A stretch of DNA of 34,981 nucleotides from Sulfurimonadaceae bacterium (GTDB taxonomy: Bacteria; Campylobacterota; Campylobacteria; Campylobacterales; Sulfurimonadaceae). Numbering within the stretch: position 1 is the stretch's first letter; the number at the start of each line of letters is the position of its first letter. The stretch lies in NCBI GenBank assembly GCA_041562555.1, contig JBFEXS010000010.1:1-34981 (forward strand). The letters are read 5' to 3'. Below are positions 1 through 8,979 of the stretch, piece after piece. Both the position numbers and the translations under genes were made by a program. The notes beneath the pieces were generated by a model. The model saw nothing but the letters and a program-made list of their open reading frames with translations. It searched no databases and was not told the DNA's origin.

Positions 1-83
1 TCTACTAGTTTTAGTAGAGTGACAGGTACTGCAGGAACAGTAATAGTACGACTCATGCCGATTTTTTCTACAATAAATTCCAT
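1..83 (-). CDS. rplC: 50S ribosomal protein L3, 5' end only (runs off the window)
   Basis: Reverse strand from ATG at 83 reads [27 protein letters not shown], the typical Campylobacterota L3 N-terminus; lies directly downstream of rpsJ. Not in the ORF track. Confidence 0.95.
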   Translation of the reverse strand, partial: MEFIVEKIGMSRTITVPAVPVTLLKLV

Positions 84-93
84 CAATTATTCC

Positions 94-405
94 TTACTTG
101 TCCATTGAACGTACTTCTACGTCAACTTCAGGTGCAAGATCTAGTTTCATCAAAGAGTCAACTGTATCAGGTGTCGCAGACACGATATCAATAAGACGTG
201 CGTGTAAACGAATTTCAAATTGCTCACGAGATTTCTTGTTAACGTGAACAGACTTAAGAACCGTATATTTACGGATCTTCGTAGGGATAGGGATTGGCCC
301 GCGGATTTCAGCACCAGTGCGCTTTACAGCTTCAACGATTGAAGCAACTGATCTGTCAAGAACGCGGTGATCATAAGCTCTAAGCTTTAATCTAATTTTT
401 TCCAT
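94..405 (-). CDS. rpsJ: 30S ribosomal protein S10
   Basis: [17 protein letters not shown]...GPIPIPTK...REQFEIR; 103 aa; AAAGGA RBS upstream. Confidence 0.99.
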   Translation of the reverse strand: MEKIRLKLRAYDHRVLDRSVASIVEAVKRTGAEIRGPIPIPTKIRKYTVLKSVHVNKKSREQFEIRLHARLIDIVSATPDTVDSLMKLDLAPEVDVEVRSMDK

Positions 406-482
406 AATTTTCCTTTAAAGAACTCGTCATTTCGGGCTTCCTGCATTGCAAAAAGTCAGAACTAACATAAATTGGAACCGAG

Positions 483-511
483 ATTATAGCTGTTTCTATA
501 TATTAGGTCAA
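483..511 (-). promoter_or_regulatory. sigma70-type promoter of the S10 operon
   Basis: Minus strand TTGACC (506-511), 17-nt spacer, TATAAT (483-488), about 80 nt upstream of rpsJ. Confidence 0.75.
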
Positions 512-706
512 GGATTTTAGGGGGTTTCAGGGATTTAATATATAAATTTGTTTCCTTATAAAAAGGAATGAGTTTAAAAGTAAACCTAATTTTATCCCAT
601 TCTTTCCTTGCTAACGAAGAACATAATACAGAAAATATATCTTAAAAATATTTTCTTCCTTTTTCAAAGGAAATGCTATACTGTCAAAAACCAAAAAGAA
701 ATGCCC

Positions 707-1780
707 ATGCTAGAAGCTCTCTATAATCTCTCAGGTAAAAAGATAAACCTCGTACCCCGTAGGTATACAATCAATGCTCCTTTTACACTTATAAAAGGAG
801 CAGCTAAAACAGGTAAGACATCCATCATCCGACAATATCTCTCTAGCCTGCCGGCAGCCTCTTATCTTTATATTGACCTAAAAGACTTACGAATCGACAA
901 GGACCTGGTAAAGACTGAACTAAATACTTTTTGTATAAACAATGACATCCATACACTGGTTATAGAAGGATATGAGACAGATCTGCCCTTGCCCAATGTG
1001 TCCCAAGTTATTCTTTCAACGGAAGAAAAACTTCATATAGACGGGTTTGAGACCATAGAGGTCTATAATTTGGACTTTGAAGAGTTTCTGGCCTTCGACT
1101 CTCGGTACGATTCACTTGAGAATGCATTCACTCACTACTTGCATACCGGTTCATACCCTGAACTCTATTATGTTCATCAGGACAACCGTCAAAAGCAACT
1201 TCAAAATATCCTCAAACTTTCACTTAATCCTTTGGAACTTCAGATCATGATAAATGCCGCCAAATTGACCGCGCAGACCGTATCGGCTTTTCAGATGTTT
1301 GAACGTATCAAACAACAGCAAAAACTCTCAAAAGACATGTTTTATAAGACCTTCTATGGATTGATCGAAAAGGGGTATCTCTATTGGATAGAGAAATATG
1401 ATCACCCCCGTGCGGCAAAAAAACTCTACACATTGGATTTTAATGTCAAGAATGCGCTTACTATTCAAAAAGACTTCTCACGCCTCTTCGAGACCCTTGT
1501 CTTTCTAGAGATGATGAAAAAAGGCGCGCTTATCTATTATGCGGACGGTATTGATTTCTATCTTCCTGAAGAAAATCGTATCGTCCTTACAATGCCATTC
1601 TCCAATGAGGATGTACTGTTTAAGAAGATAGAGAGTATTGAAGCCTTCATTATAGAGAACGGTGTCTTGCATGTCGAGGTCGTGACAATGAGTACGGAGA
1701 CGAAACTTGGACTTCCCTATGCCGTTGTAGAGATGATGCCCTTTACCCAATGGGCAATCGTTGAAGGTGAAGAAGGATAG
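707..1780 (+). CDS. ATP-binding protein (AAA_14/DUF4143-like)
   Basis: Walker A-like GAAKTGKT, GSYPE and KKLY..D motifs. Start placed at ATG 707 (or 701), downstream of an extended -10 TGcTATACT at 674-682, rather than at TTG 608. A similar gene lies next to rpsJ in Helicobacter, from recall. Confidence 0.8.
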   Translation: MLEALYNLSGKKINLVPRRYTINAPFTLIKGAAKTGKTSIIRQYLSSLPAASYLYIDLKDLRIDKDLVKTELNTFCINNDIHTLVIEGYETDLPLPNVSQVILSTEEKLHIDGFETIEVYNLDFEEFLAFDSRYDSLENAFTHYLHTGSYPELYYVHQDNRQKQLQNILKLSLNPLELQIMINAAKLTAQTVSAFQMFERIKQQQKLSKDMFYKTFYGLIEKGYLYWIEKYDHPRAAKKLYTLDFNVKNALTIQKDFSRLFETLVFLEMMKKGALIYYADGIDFYLPEENRIVLTMPFSNEDVLFKKIESIEAFIIENGVLHVEVVTMSTETKLGLPYAVVEMMPFTQWAIVEGEEG

Positions 1781-1945
1781 AAGCACTGTGTCAATGTATA
1801 TATATGATGCTTAAACATCATATCCTTTAGAAGAAATCATAGGACTGTATTATTATCTTATTTTATTATTTTTTATTAATTAAGCGACAATTTAATCTTA
1901 TATCTGTTAAAATCAATTTTTTAATACTGTGATTCAGGGGACAAT

Positions 1946-3715
1946 ATGTCAAAAAAATTTGCTTTTACAACGCTACTGCTTGCACTAATCGCTATGTTCA
2001 CTGCCTGTGGTGAAGGTGGAACGACGTATGGAGACAACAGCAGTGCTCCGGTCATCAATGGTACAGTCGCAACAGGTGCACCTCTTGTTGCAGACATTGT
2101 CGTTATGGGAACAGATGGGTACAGAACTGCGGTAAGCACTAGTGATGGAAGTTACTTTGTGGATGTCCGTGGACTTACATCTCCTTTTGTTATTCGCGCT
2201 AAAACAGCCGATGGGAAGATCCTCTATTCTGCTGCCAAAGATGGACAGATCCAGGCGAACATTACACCCTTAAGCTCCTATATCCTACATCAGATTGCTG
2301 TCAACAACGGACTATTGGGTGGGGCATGGCAAATCTTTGCCGACGTAAGTGGCAAACAAAACCTTCTAAGCCAGCTTGACAGTGAAACAAATGCTCTAAA
2401 CACGCTCTTAAATACCTCCATGCAAGCAGCCAATGTCTCAGGCTTCAACCATATTGCTGATGCTTTTCTAGCAAACAGTACGGGTTATGATGCCTACTTG
2501 GACTCCCTTGATATCGAGATTGATAACGACAACATTATTATCAAAGATGGCACAACAACATTACATACCTTATCCTATACCTTACCAACAGGTACTATCA
2601 CAACATCCGGTAAGGTAGTGGATCAAAACGGTTCCGCTATCTCAGGTGCGACATTAAGTTTCACCAATGCACAAGGTAATTTCTCCACGACAACATCCGC
2701 GGATGGCAGTTTTTCTCTTGCGCTTACTACACACCGTGTTTTTGATCTCAATGTATCGGCAAGTGGATATCGAAGCGTCGTCTATTACAATATCCCAACA
2801 TTCTCACAGACACCTATTACTATAGAGACAGTATCCCTTATTGCTAATGCCGTTACCGGAGATGGGACAGTGGAAGGAAGTGTTATCAATGCACGAACTG
2901 TCCAACCTTTGACGGGTGTGACCCTGAAGTTTAGAAAGGGAATCAATAACACAGGTGGAACCGTCGTCCATACGGCGAATGTCAGCAGTGATGGAAACTA
3001 CAGTATCCCTGTCCCGACAGGAGTCTACACTATCACCTATGAAAAAGAGGGGTTCACAAATGCACAACGCTCTGTAACGGTCATCGGAGGTCAAACAAGT
3101 CAGGTACAGGCCGTACCGATGATCACCTCTACGGTAGGCGGAAACTCCTTTGCCACCATGATCCTGACATGGGGGGAGAACCCAAATGACCTTGACACCT
3201 TCTTAACAGGCCCGTCTGCTGTTCTGGATTCAACAGCGACACTTTCTGGAGATCGATTCAAACTGGCTTACTATCAAAAGACCTTCAGTACAAGAGACGG
3301 TTATGCCGGTCCTGCAGTTGGAAATAAAGCAGATCCGTGTAGTACACCTACCCTGGTCGCCGGTATTGATGTGGATGATGTTAGCAGCTATGGACCGGAG
3401 ACGACAACACTCTGTCAAGTCGAGGCCGGTACGTACTCCTACTATATCCATCATTTTTCAGGATTAAGCAGTATGTCTGATTCTCCGGCTGTCGTAACGG
3501 TAACAACAGCTTCAGGTGTCTCTACTGCCTTCATAGCCCCTCCTGGAGCTGCTGGTGTCAATACGGATATTTGGCATGTATTTGATTTGGATAATTATGG
3601 GAACCTAACCCCTGTCAATACGATGGGAAGCGGCGGGACTGGATCCGTTTTTTCACCTGCGCTAAACGGAACCGATATAGATCAAACACTGATTGATCGC
3701 AGTTACGAAAAATAG
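1946..3715 (+). CDS. Lipoprotein with carboxypeptidase-regulatory-like beta-sandwich repeats and a C-terminal YfaP/DUF2135-like domain
   Basis: Signal peptide with lipobox FTAC; Ser/Thr/Gly-rich; repeated G.V.D/N....GATL/GVTL...DG.F/Y motifs; C-terminal LTW..NPNDLD...DVDD..SYGPE...GTYSYYIHHF. Confidence 0.75.
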   Translation: MSKKFAFTTLLLALIAMFTACGEGGTTYGDNSSAPVINGTVATGAPLVADIVVMGTDGYRTAVSTSDGSYFVDVRGLTSPFVIRAKTADGKILYSAAKDGQIQANITPLSSYILHQIAVNNGLLGGAWQIFADVSGKQNLLSQLDSETNALNTLLNTSMQAANVSGFNHIADAFLANSTGYDAYLDSLDIEIDNDNIIIKDGTTTLHTLSYTLPTGTITTSGKVVDQNGSAISGATLSFTNAQGNFSTTTSADGSFSLALTTHRVFDLNVSASGYRSVVYYNIPTFSQTPITIETVSLIANAVTGDGTVEGSVINARTVQPLTGVTLKFRKGINNTGGTVVHTANVSSDGNYSIPVPTGVYTITYEKEGFTNAQRSVTVIGGQTSQVQAVPMITSTVGGNSFATMILTWGENPNDLDTFLTGPSAVLDSTATLSGDRFKLAYYQKTFSTRDGYAGPAVGNKADPCSTPTLVAGIDVDDVSSYGPETTTLCQVEAGTYSYYIHHFSGLSSMSDSPAVVTVTTASGVSTAFIAPPGAAGVNTDIWHVFDLDNYGNLTPVNTMGSGGTGSVFSPALNGTDIDQTLIDRSYEK

Positions 3716-3761
3716 GTCTTGGTATCAAGACTTTACATAGCAATACTAAAAAAGGGAAATA

Positions 3762-4307
3762 ATGAAAAAAATTTTACTGTTAGGCTTACTCATCCTCTCT
3801 AGTGCCTTGTATGCTGCTTCCGATTATAAAATCCTGATCGGTGCAGAGTATGGACAGTCTGAGGGTTCTTGGAACAGTACCACTGGAGACTGGGAAGATT
3901 CACTAGGTATAAGAATTGGTGCAGAAAACGATGAATCGAGAATTTTCCTGTCTTATCATTATCAAAAAGTTGAGGACTTCGATTTTGTCAATACTGATTT
4001 TGAATCGCAAGTACTCAATGCTAATTTTGAAGCAAAAACTGAAAAATACTATGGTTTTGCCCGCGGTTTTGCAGGGGCACACATAGGTGTGATCTATTCC
4101 GAGTGGAACCTTGGATTTTACACTCCTCTTGAAGATGAAGATGATCTTAATCTTATCTTCGGGGCGCAAGCCGGCTTCATCCTTGATATAATTGACAATG
4201 CCTATCTGGAAGCAGGTTATCGATATTCAGTGACAGATGCTGATAAATCGACCATTAATCCGGCATCAATACAGACTTTTTATGGGGCGCTTAACTTCAA
4301 ATTTTAA
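3762..4307 (+). CDS. Small outer-membrane beta-barrel protein
   Basis: Signal peptide, alternating amphipathic strands (YLEAGYRY) and a C-terminal YGALNFKF beta-signal ending in Phe. Confidence 0.8.
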   Translation: MKKILLLGLLILSSALYAASDYKILIGAEYGQSEGSWNSTTGDWEDSLGIRIGAENDESRIFLSYHYQKVEDFDFVNTDFESQVLNANFEAKTEKYYGFARGFAGAHIGVIYSEWNLGFYTPLEDEDDLNLIFGAQAGFILDIIDNAYLEAGYRYSVTDADKSTINPASIQTFYGALNFKF

Positions 4308-4467
4308 GCCCGTACCCCGGATAATGATGTAGTATGCAGGATATTCTTTCATTCATCGAAGTTATACTATTCCTGCCCTATGCTAAAAAAACTTACAAGC
4401 TCATTTTCCTAAAGAAACTCGCAAGCTCATTTCGCTACTATACGGAAAATTTAACAAAGAGTTTCCT

Positions 4468-4899
4468 ATGACATTAAGTGTTTTCACAAATACACAAATC
4501 ATCTCCCTGGAGGATGGTGCAGCGGACATGTTTATGAATTATGTCCTGACACCCGATGAGAATCGACAGATCCAAGCAGTTCAGACCTATGAAATGAAGA
4601 TGATGAACAAGGCGATCAATCTTCCTTTACGCAACGGTATTGATGAAGTCAATAAGAAAATGATTCTTGCCGGACTTGCAGACTTGCAAGAGGGGGATCG
4701 TTTCTTATGTAATGGTGCCAAGATCACGGATATGGAGTCACCTGAAGCAAAATATTATCTCCGTCTTGTTGGCAACCTCAATAATGGTCAAGATCTTACG
4801 CCAGAACAGGCACAAGTAAAGACCCGTGTGGAAGAGGAAGAGTATACCGTCATGTCAAAACTGCGTGATGATGAGCTGGAAGAGCATCAAGATAAATAA
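4468..4899 (+). CDS. Hypothetical protein, 143 aa
   Basis: Clean ORF filling the gap before the tRNA; no recognised motif. Confidence 0.7.
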   Translation: MTLSVFTNTQIISLEDGAADMFMNYVLTPDENRQIQAVQTYEMKMMNKAINLPLRNGIDEVNKKMILAGLADLQEGDRFLCNGAKITDMESPEAKYYLRLVGNLNNGQDLTPEQAQVKTRVEEEEYTVMSKLRDDELEEHQDK

Positions 4900-4926
4900 T
4901 GATTTGTTGGGGGATTATATAAAAGG

Positions 4927-5003
4927 TGGAGCGGGTGAAGGGACTCGAACCCTCGACCCTCAGCTTGGAAGGCTGACGCTCTAGCCAACTGAGCTACGCC
5001 CGC
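4927..5003 (-). tRNA. tRNA-Gly (anticodon TCC)
   Basis: GCGGGCGTAGCTCAGTTGGCTAGAGCG-TCAGC-CTTCCAA-GCTGA-GGGTC-GAGGG-TTCGAGT-CCCTT-CACCCGC-TCCA: full cloverleaf with encoded CCA. Confidence 0.98.
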
Positions 5004-5036
5004 ATCAGTGTAATTGTATACTAAGAATCATAAATC

Positions 5037-5068
5037 AAAAATTAGATGCGCCAAATAGGCTCATCCAA
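5037..5068 (-). terminator. Rho-independent terminator of the TonB-dependent receptor gene
   Basis: Minus strand TTGGATGAGCC-TATTT-GGCGCATCTAA (one mismatch, one G-U pair) followed by TTTTT, just after the stop codon. Confidence 0.7.
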
Positions 5069-5071
5069 ATT

Positions 5072-7096
5072 CTAAAAACGGTAACGCAAGTTAGCGTAAA
5101 AGTAACGCCCCGGTTCGTTCATAAGGATTACTTCATTACCTGCACTCTCTAAAAGTGTCAGGTCTTTATAGGTATTACTGACTGCATACTTATGATTGAA
5201 GGCATTATCCAAGCCAATCGTGATGTCAAACCCGTTTTCAAGATCTCTGTTCCATTTGATATTCGCAATAGCATAACCGGAGATTGCCTGCTCACCATTG
5301 TCTTCATCAAAATGTTTCCATCTGTCTGCCGCAACGATCTCTAGCTTTGTACTTGTCAATTCTGTGTCATAGTTTAATGCGACATTCGCCTTCAACGGCG
5401 GAATTTCAGCAAGATCGGTATCTGTCTGTCCACTCAATGGTGCATCTTTCTCACCTCTTTGATACGCCAGACCACCCTCAAATGACCATGTATCGGTTAA
5501 CGTATAAAAACTGCTTACCTCAATCCCGTAAATAGTCGCATCGACATTTTCAAATGAGTACATCGGTTTAGCATCATTATATGCAATAAAATCCTTTAGC
5601 CATGAATGAAAGATCTTTGCTTTTGCAAAACCCGACTCGTATTGCTTTTTGACACCCAGGTCAACTTCATAATTCTTTGTTTGCTCCAGAGTCGGTGTTC
5701 CAATCAGCATTCCCATGGCATTTTTAAAATAGAGTTCCCGTGCATCAGGGACACGGCTGGATTTACCTGTACCGACAAAATACTCAACACTGTCATCTGC
5801 ATGATAGGTCGCTGTCAAATATCCATTTAGAGAACTATAGTCTCTATCTTCAAGCGTACCTGCCGTATCAATGGTCGTATCATCATATCGTCCGCCGAGT
5901 TCAAGGTCAAGTTGGCCAAACTGCTGAAAGAACTTGGCAAAGAGAGCAATATTATCCGTATCCGTATCTTCTATACTCACACGCCCTGTCACATCGGTAC
6001 CTGCCGGCATAGGCATCGGTGATCTCCCGTAATATTTTCCATCCCAATTTCGGCGGCTGGCATCTAGCCCGAGGGTCATCTCCAGATCACCAATCTCGCT
6101 CAAGTTCTTGATACGGGCACCATCCACTGAAGTCGTCAGTTTACTAATGACTTCTCTTGACAGATCGGCACGTGAGACATTACGATAGCTTGTTGCCATA
6201 GGATGTTCTACCTCAGAATGATACACTTGCATATCGAGCTGTTTGGAAAAAATACCCATATCGTGGATCGAATACTCCAGATTATAGATATCTGAATCGT
6301 CATACAAGGCATCCATTGCCGAAGAAGGATACAGTACATTATCACTTCGGTTGGCTGTATAGCTTAAACGTATCTCTTGATTATCCGTTGGGTTCATAAA
6401 GATTTTTCCCATGAGACTCTTCTTCTCGAAAGCCTTCATATCACGGTATTCGGGTTTATATGCTTGGGGGTGTGTTGGAGCAAGGTAATTGTCGATCTGA
6501 TCTGCAAAGGTATTGCCATCACCATCTTTGTACTGATCACTTTGCTCAGTAGATGTCGTGATCATCGCGCGAAACCAATCATTACCTCCACTTAATGTTG
6601 CAGAGGCTTTTCTGTAGTTAAAACTTCCCACATTCACATTGAGCTCGCCGGAAAACTCTTTTGTCGGTTGCTTTGTCTTAATATCAACCGCTCCACTGAG
6701 TGTTCCGAAGTTTTCAATATCATAGGGTCCTTCAGTCACTTCAACACTTTCTATGTTATTGGTTACGATATGTGATGTCGCAGGGTCCATTCGATTTGGA
6801 CAGGCTCCATAGGTCTTTGTCCCGTCCGCAATGATATTAATATTGTCTTTTTTCTGTCCACGCAACACAATGTCATTGGCGATCCCACTACGTCTTACCA
6901 AAGAGACGGAAGGAACTGTCTGTGTCAAAGATTCGGCCAGATCGGCAGACTTCAGTTCTTCTCCACTGACATCATTAATTTTAACACTGTTTATTGATTC
7001 ATCAATCTGAACTTCGTTCATCTCTACTGTCTCTGCCATCAATAGAGGGCTTAAAAGCAGGGATATGCACACCGTATTTTTTACATAGTTTTTCAT
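5072..7096 (-). CDS. TonB-dependent outer-membrane receptor, OprC/NosA (copper) type
   Basis: Signal peptide; plug motif GACPNRMDP (CxxxM); barrel motif EHPM (HxM); C-terminal EPGR.FYANLRYRF. Confidence 0.85.
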   Translation of the reverse strand: MKNYVKNTVCISLLLSPLLMAETVEMNEVQIDESINSVKINDVSGEELKSADLAESLTQTVPSVSLVRRSGIANDIVLRGQKKDNINIIADGTKTYGACPNRMDPATSHIVTNNIESVEVTEGPYDIENFGTLSGAVDIKTKQPTKEFSGELNVNVGSFNYRKASATLSGGNDWFRAMITTSTEQSDQYKDGDGNTFADQIDNYLAPTHPQAYKPEYRDMKAFEKKSLMGKIFMNPTDNQEIRLSYTANRSDNVLYPSSAMDALYDDSDIYNLEYSIHDMGIFSKQLDMQVYHSEVEHPMATSYRNVSRADLSREVISKLTTSVDGARIKNLSEIGDLEMTLGLDASRRNWDGKYYGRSPMPMPAGTDVTGRVSIEDTDTDNIALFAKFFQQFGQLDLELGGRYDDTTIDTAGTLEDRDYSSLNGYLTATYHADDSVEYFVGTGKSSRVPDARELYFKNAMGMLIGTPTLEQTKNYEVDLGVKKQYESGFAKAKIFHSWLKDFIAYNDAKPMYSFENVDATIYGIEVSSFYTLTDTWSFEGGLAYQRGEKDAPLSGQTDTDLAEIPPLKANVALNYDTELTSTKLEIVAADRWKHFDEDNGEQAISGYAIANIKWNRDLENGFDITIGLDNAFNHKYAVSNTYKDLTLLESAGNEVILMNEPGRYFYANLRYRF

Positions 7097-7120
7097 TTAT
7101 CATCCTTAAAAATCGGAGAC

Positions 7121-7151
7121 ATTGTAAAAAACGAGTGTTACAGAAGTGTTA
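7121..7151 (-). promoter_or_regulatory. Receptor promoter: -10 TACAAT plus tandem TAACACT repeat (OmpR-family-type site)
   Basis: Minus strand TAACACT-TCTG-TAACACT (7145-7151 and 7134-7140, 11-bp period), then TACAAT at 7121-7126 and an AAGGA RBS. Confidence 0.6.
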
Positions 7152-8324
7152 ATACAAAGCCTTACGATTCCATTTTAACTGGATCTGCGTACCTTTGTTA
7201 AGTTCCGACTCAATACTCAGAGACATACCATATTCTTGAGCGATCATAGCAACAATATGCAGACCTATACCAAAACCGCCTACGGCTTCATTCGCACGCT
7301 GATAGCGCTCAAACACCTTGGATATCTTATCCTCGGGAATACCTATTCCCGTGTCTGAAACTCTCAGGCAGCCCTCTTTCAGACGAATACCGATCTCTCC
7401 ATCGATCTTATTGTATTTGATCGCGTTTGAGATCAGGTTGTCAATTAATCTCCCCAGTTTGTTTTTATCCATATAAATCATTACGCCCTCATCAATATCC
7501 TTGACAAAGGTGATCCGCTTTTGATCCATCGTCACCCGAAAATAATCCACCCGCTCACACAAAAACTGGGATAAATAGATTTTCTCATCTTTCACCGCAA
7601 TATCGTTATGCAGGATAAGATAGGTCAAATCGTTATAGATATTGGAAATCGTATGTGCAGCTATATCGACACGTCGTATCTTCTTCGCATCTTTTTCTTC
7701 CAGCTTTTTTTGATCGATTCCCTCTATATTGGCAACGATCACTGAGACCGGTGTATTAAGCTCATGAGTCGTGTCTTTGATGAAATTGTCCAAGAGCTCA
7801 ATGGCTTCACGCATCGGACGCAAGAAAAGCTTAACAAGGATTACCCCGACAATGGTGATAAAGATAAAGATCAATGTCCCATACAGAAGCATGTCTTTGA
7901 TCATTGCTTCCCACCATAAACGGTTATCCTCTGTCTCATACACCAGATATTTCGCATCAATATCATTGGGAGCGATACGTACGATAAAATGTACATAGTC
8001 TCCATCCAAGGATATATACTTTGAAAAGTCACGGGGCTCCTCTTTGAGATAACTTGCCAAAACCTTTTTCTTGCTGTCATAGACAGCTGTACGGTAAGCC
8101 AGACTTACCGGAAGCTCCTCTCCTGAATCTATGTAAAGATAGAACATATTTGCATAATGGGTCTCATTCACCAGCTGCATCGACAGACGATGTTCTGCCA
8201 GCATCGTCTCTTTTTCGTTCTCATAATAGATACTGGCCAGAAGGATCAGTATAATCACCCACATAAAGGTATACAGGGCGATAAAACCTCGCAGAGATTT
8301 AAACTCAGGCGAACTTATAGCCAT
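7149..8324 (-). CDS. Sensor histidine kinase (CrdS-like)
   Basis: Two TM segments; H box FIKDTTHELNTP, N box NLISNAIKY, G1 DTGIGI, G2 GFGIGL. Likely start is ATG 8324 (MAISSPEFKSL), overlapping the end of the regulator gene. Confidence 0.9.
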   Translation of the reverse strand: MAISSPEFKSLRGFIALYTFMWVIILILLASIYYENEKETMLAEHRLSMQLVNETHYANMFYLYIDSGEELPVSLAYRTAVYDSKKKVLASYLKEEPRDFSKYISLDGDYVHFIVRIAPNDIDAKYLVYETEDNRLWWEAMIKDMLLYGTLIFIFITIVGVILVKLFLRPMREAIELLDNFIKDTTHELNTPVSVIVANIEGIDQKKLEEKDAKKIRRVDIAAHTISNIYNDLTYLILHNDIAVKDEKIYLSQFLCERVDYFRVTMDQKRITFVKDIDEGVMIYMDKNKLGRLIDNLISNAIKYNKIDGEIGIRLKEGCLRVSDTGIGIPEDKISKVFERYQRANEAVGGFGIGLHIVAMIAQEYGMSLSIESELNKGTQIQLKWNRKALY

Positions 8325-8979
8325 AGCGTTTAATGCTAACAATCCTGTCCTTTCCAAGAAGTTTACGCAGGTTCTTGATATACGTTCGCAGCGAAGTGTC
8401 ACTTGGGACCTCATCAAAGCTCCACAAATTCTCATAGATCACCTCATGGCTGATCTGTTCATTCACATGTTTTAAAAAGAGTTTCAACAGCAGTTTCTCT
8501 TTTGGCTGAAGCGTCAGGACTTTACCCTTTTGCAGAAGTTCATCCGCACGGATATCATAACTGATATCCTCACTGATCTGAACCACCTCATTGGGGTTAT
8601 GATAAAACTCCCGTTTGAGAATATTGTTCACCCGGATCAAAAGCTCTTCAAGGGCAAAAGGTTTTCGAATATAGTCATCACATCCACTCTCAAACCCCCG
8701 GGAAAGGTCTTCGGTGGAGTTCAAAGAAGTTATATAGATCGCCGGTGTCGTATCTCCCCGCTCACGGGATGCTTTTAGCAACTCAAAGCCGTTGGGCGAA
8801 GGAACGTTCACATCCAGTAAAAACAGATCAAAACTCTGTTCATACATGAGGTCTTCTGCACGGCTTCCCTCATATACAGGTCTGACGTCAAATCCCTTTT
8901 CTGCCAGAAACTCCTCAATAGTCTCATTTAGATTCAGATCATCTTCAAGTAGGAGTATCCTGGCCTTAGTATTGTTCAT
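8305..8979 (-). CDS. OmpR-family response regulator (CrdR-like)
   Basis: Receiver motifs LLEDD, LLDVNVP and DDYIRKPF; winged-helix C-terminus LRTYIKNLRK...GYKF. Confidence 0.92.
   Translation of the reverse strand: MNNTKARILLLEDDLNLNETIEEFLAEKGFDVRPVYEGSRAEDLMYEQSFDLFLLDVNVPSPNGFELLKASRERGDTTPAIYITSLNSTEDLSRGFESGCDDYIRKPFALEELLIRVNNILKREFYHNPNEVVQISEDISYDIRADELLQKGKVLTLQPKEKLLLKLFLKHVNEQISHEVIYENLWSFDEVPSDTSLRTYIKNLRKLLGKDRIVSIKRYGYKFA

Noticed and set aside
608..706. N-terminal extension of the ATPase from TTG 608 (likewise the track starts at 8435, 10391, 20694, 22922, 29693 and 34142)
   Set aside because: These extensions run through promoter DNA or neighbouring genes; downstream starts have better RBS, signal peptide or family N-terminus support.
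1781..4926. Intact genomic island integrated at tRNA-Gly
   Set aside because: No integrase and no visible duplication of the tRNA 3' end; recorded only as a possible accessory block.
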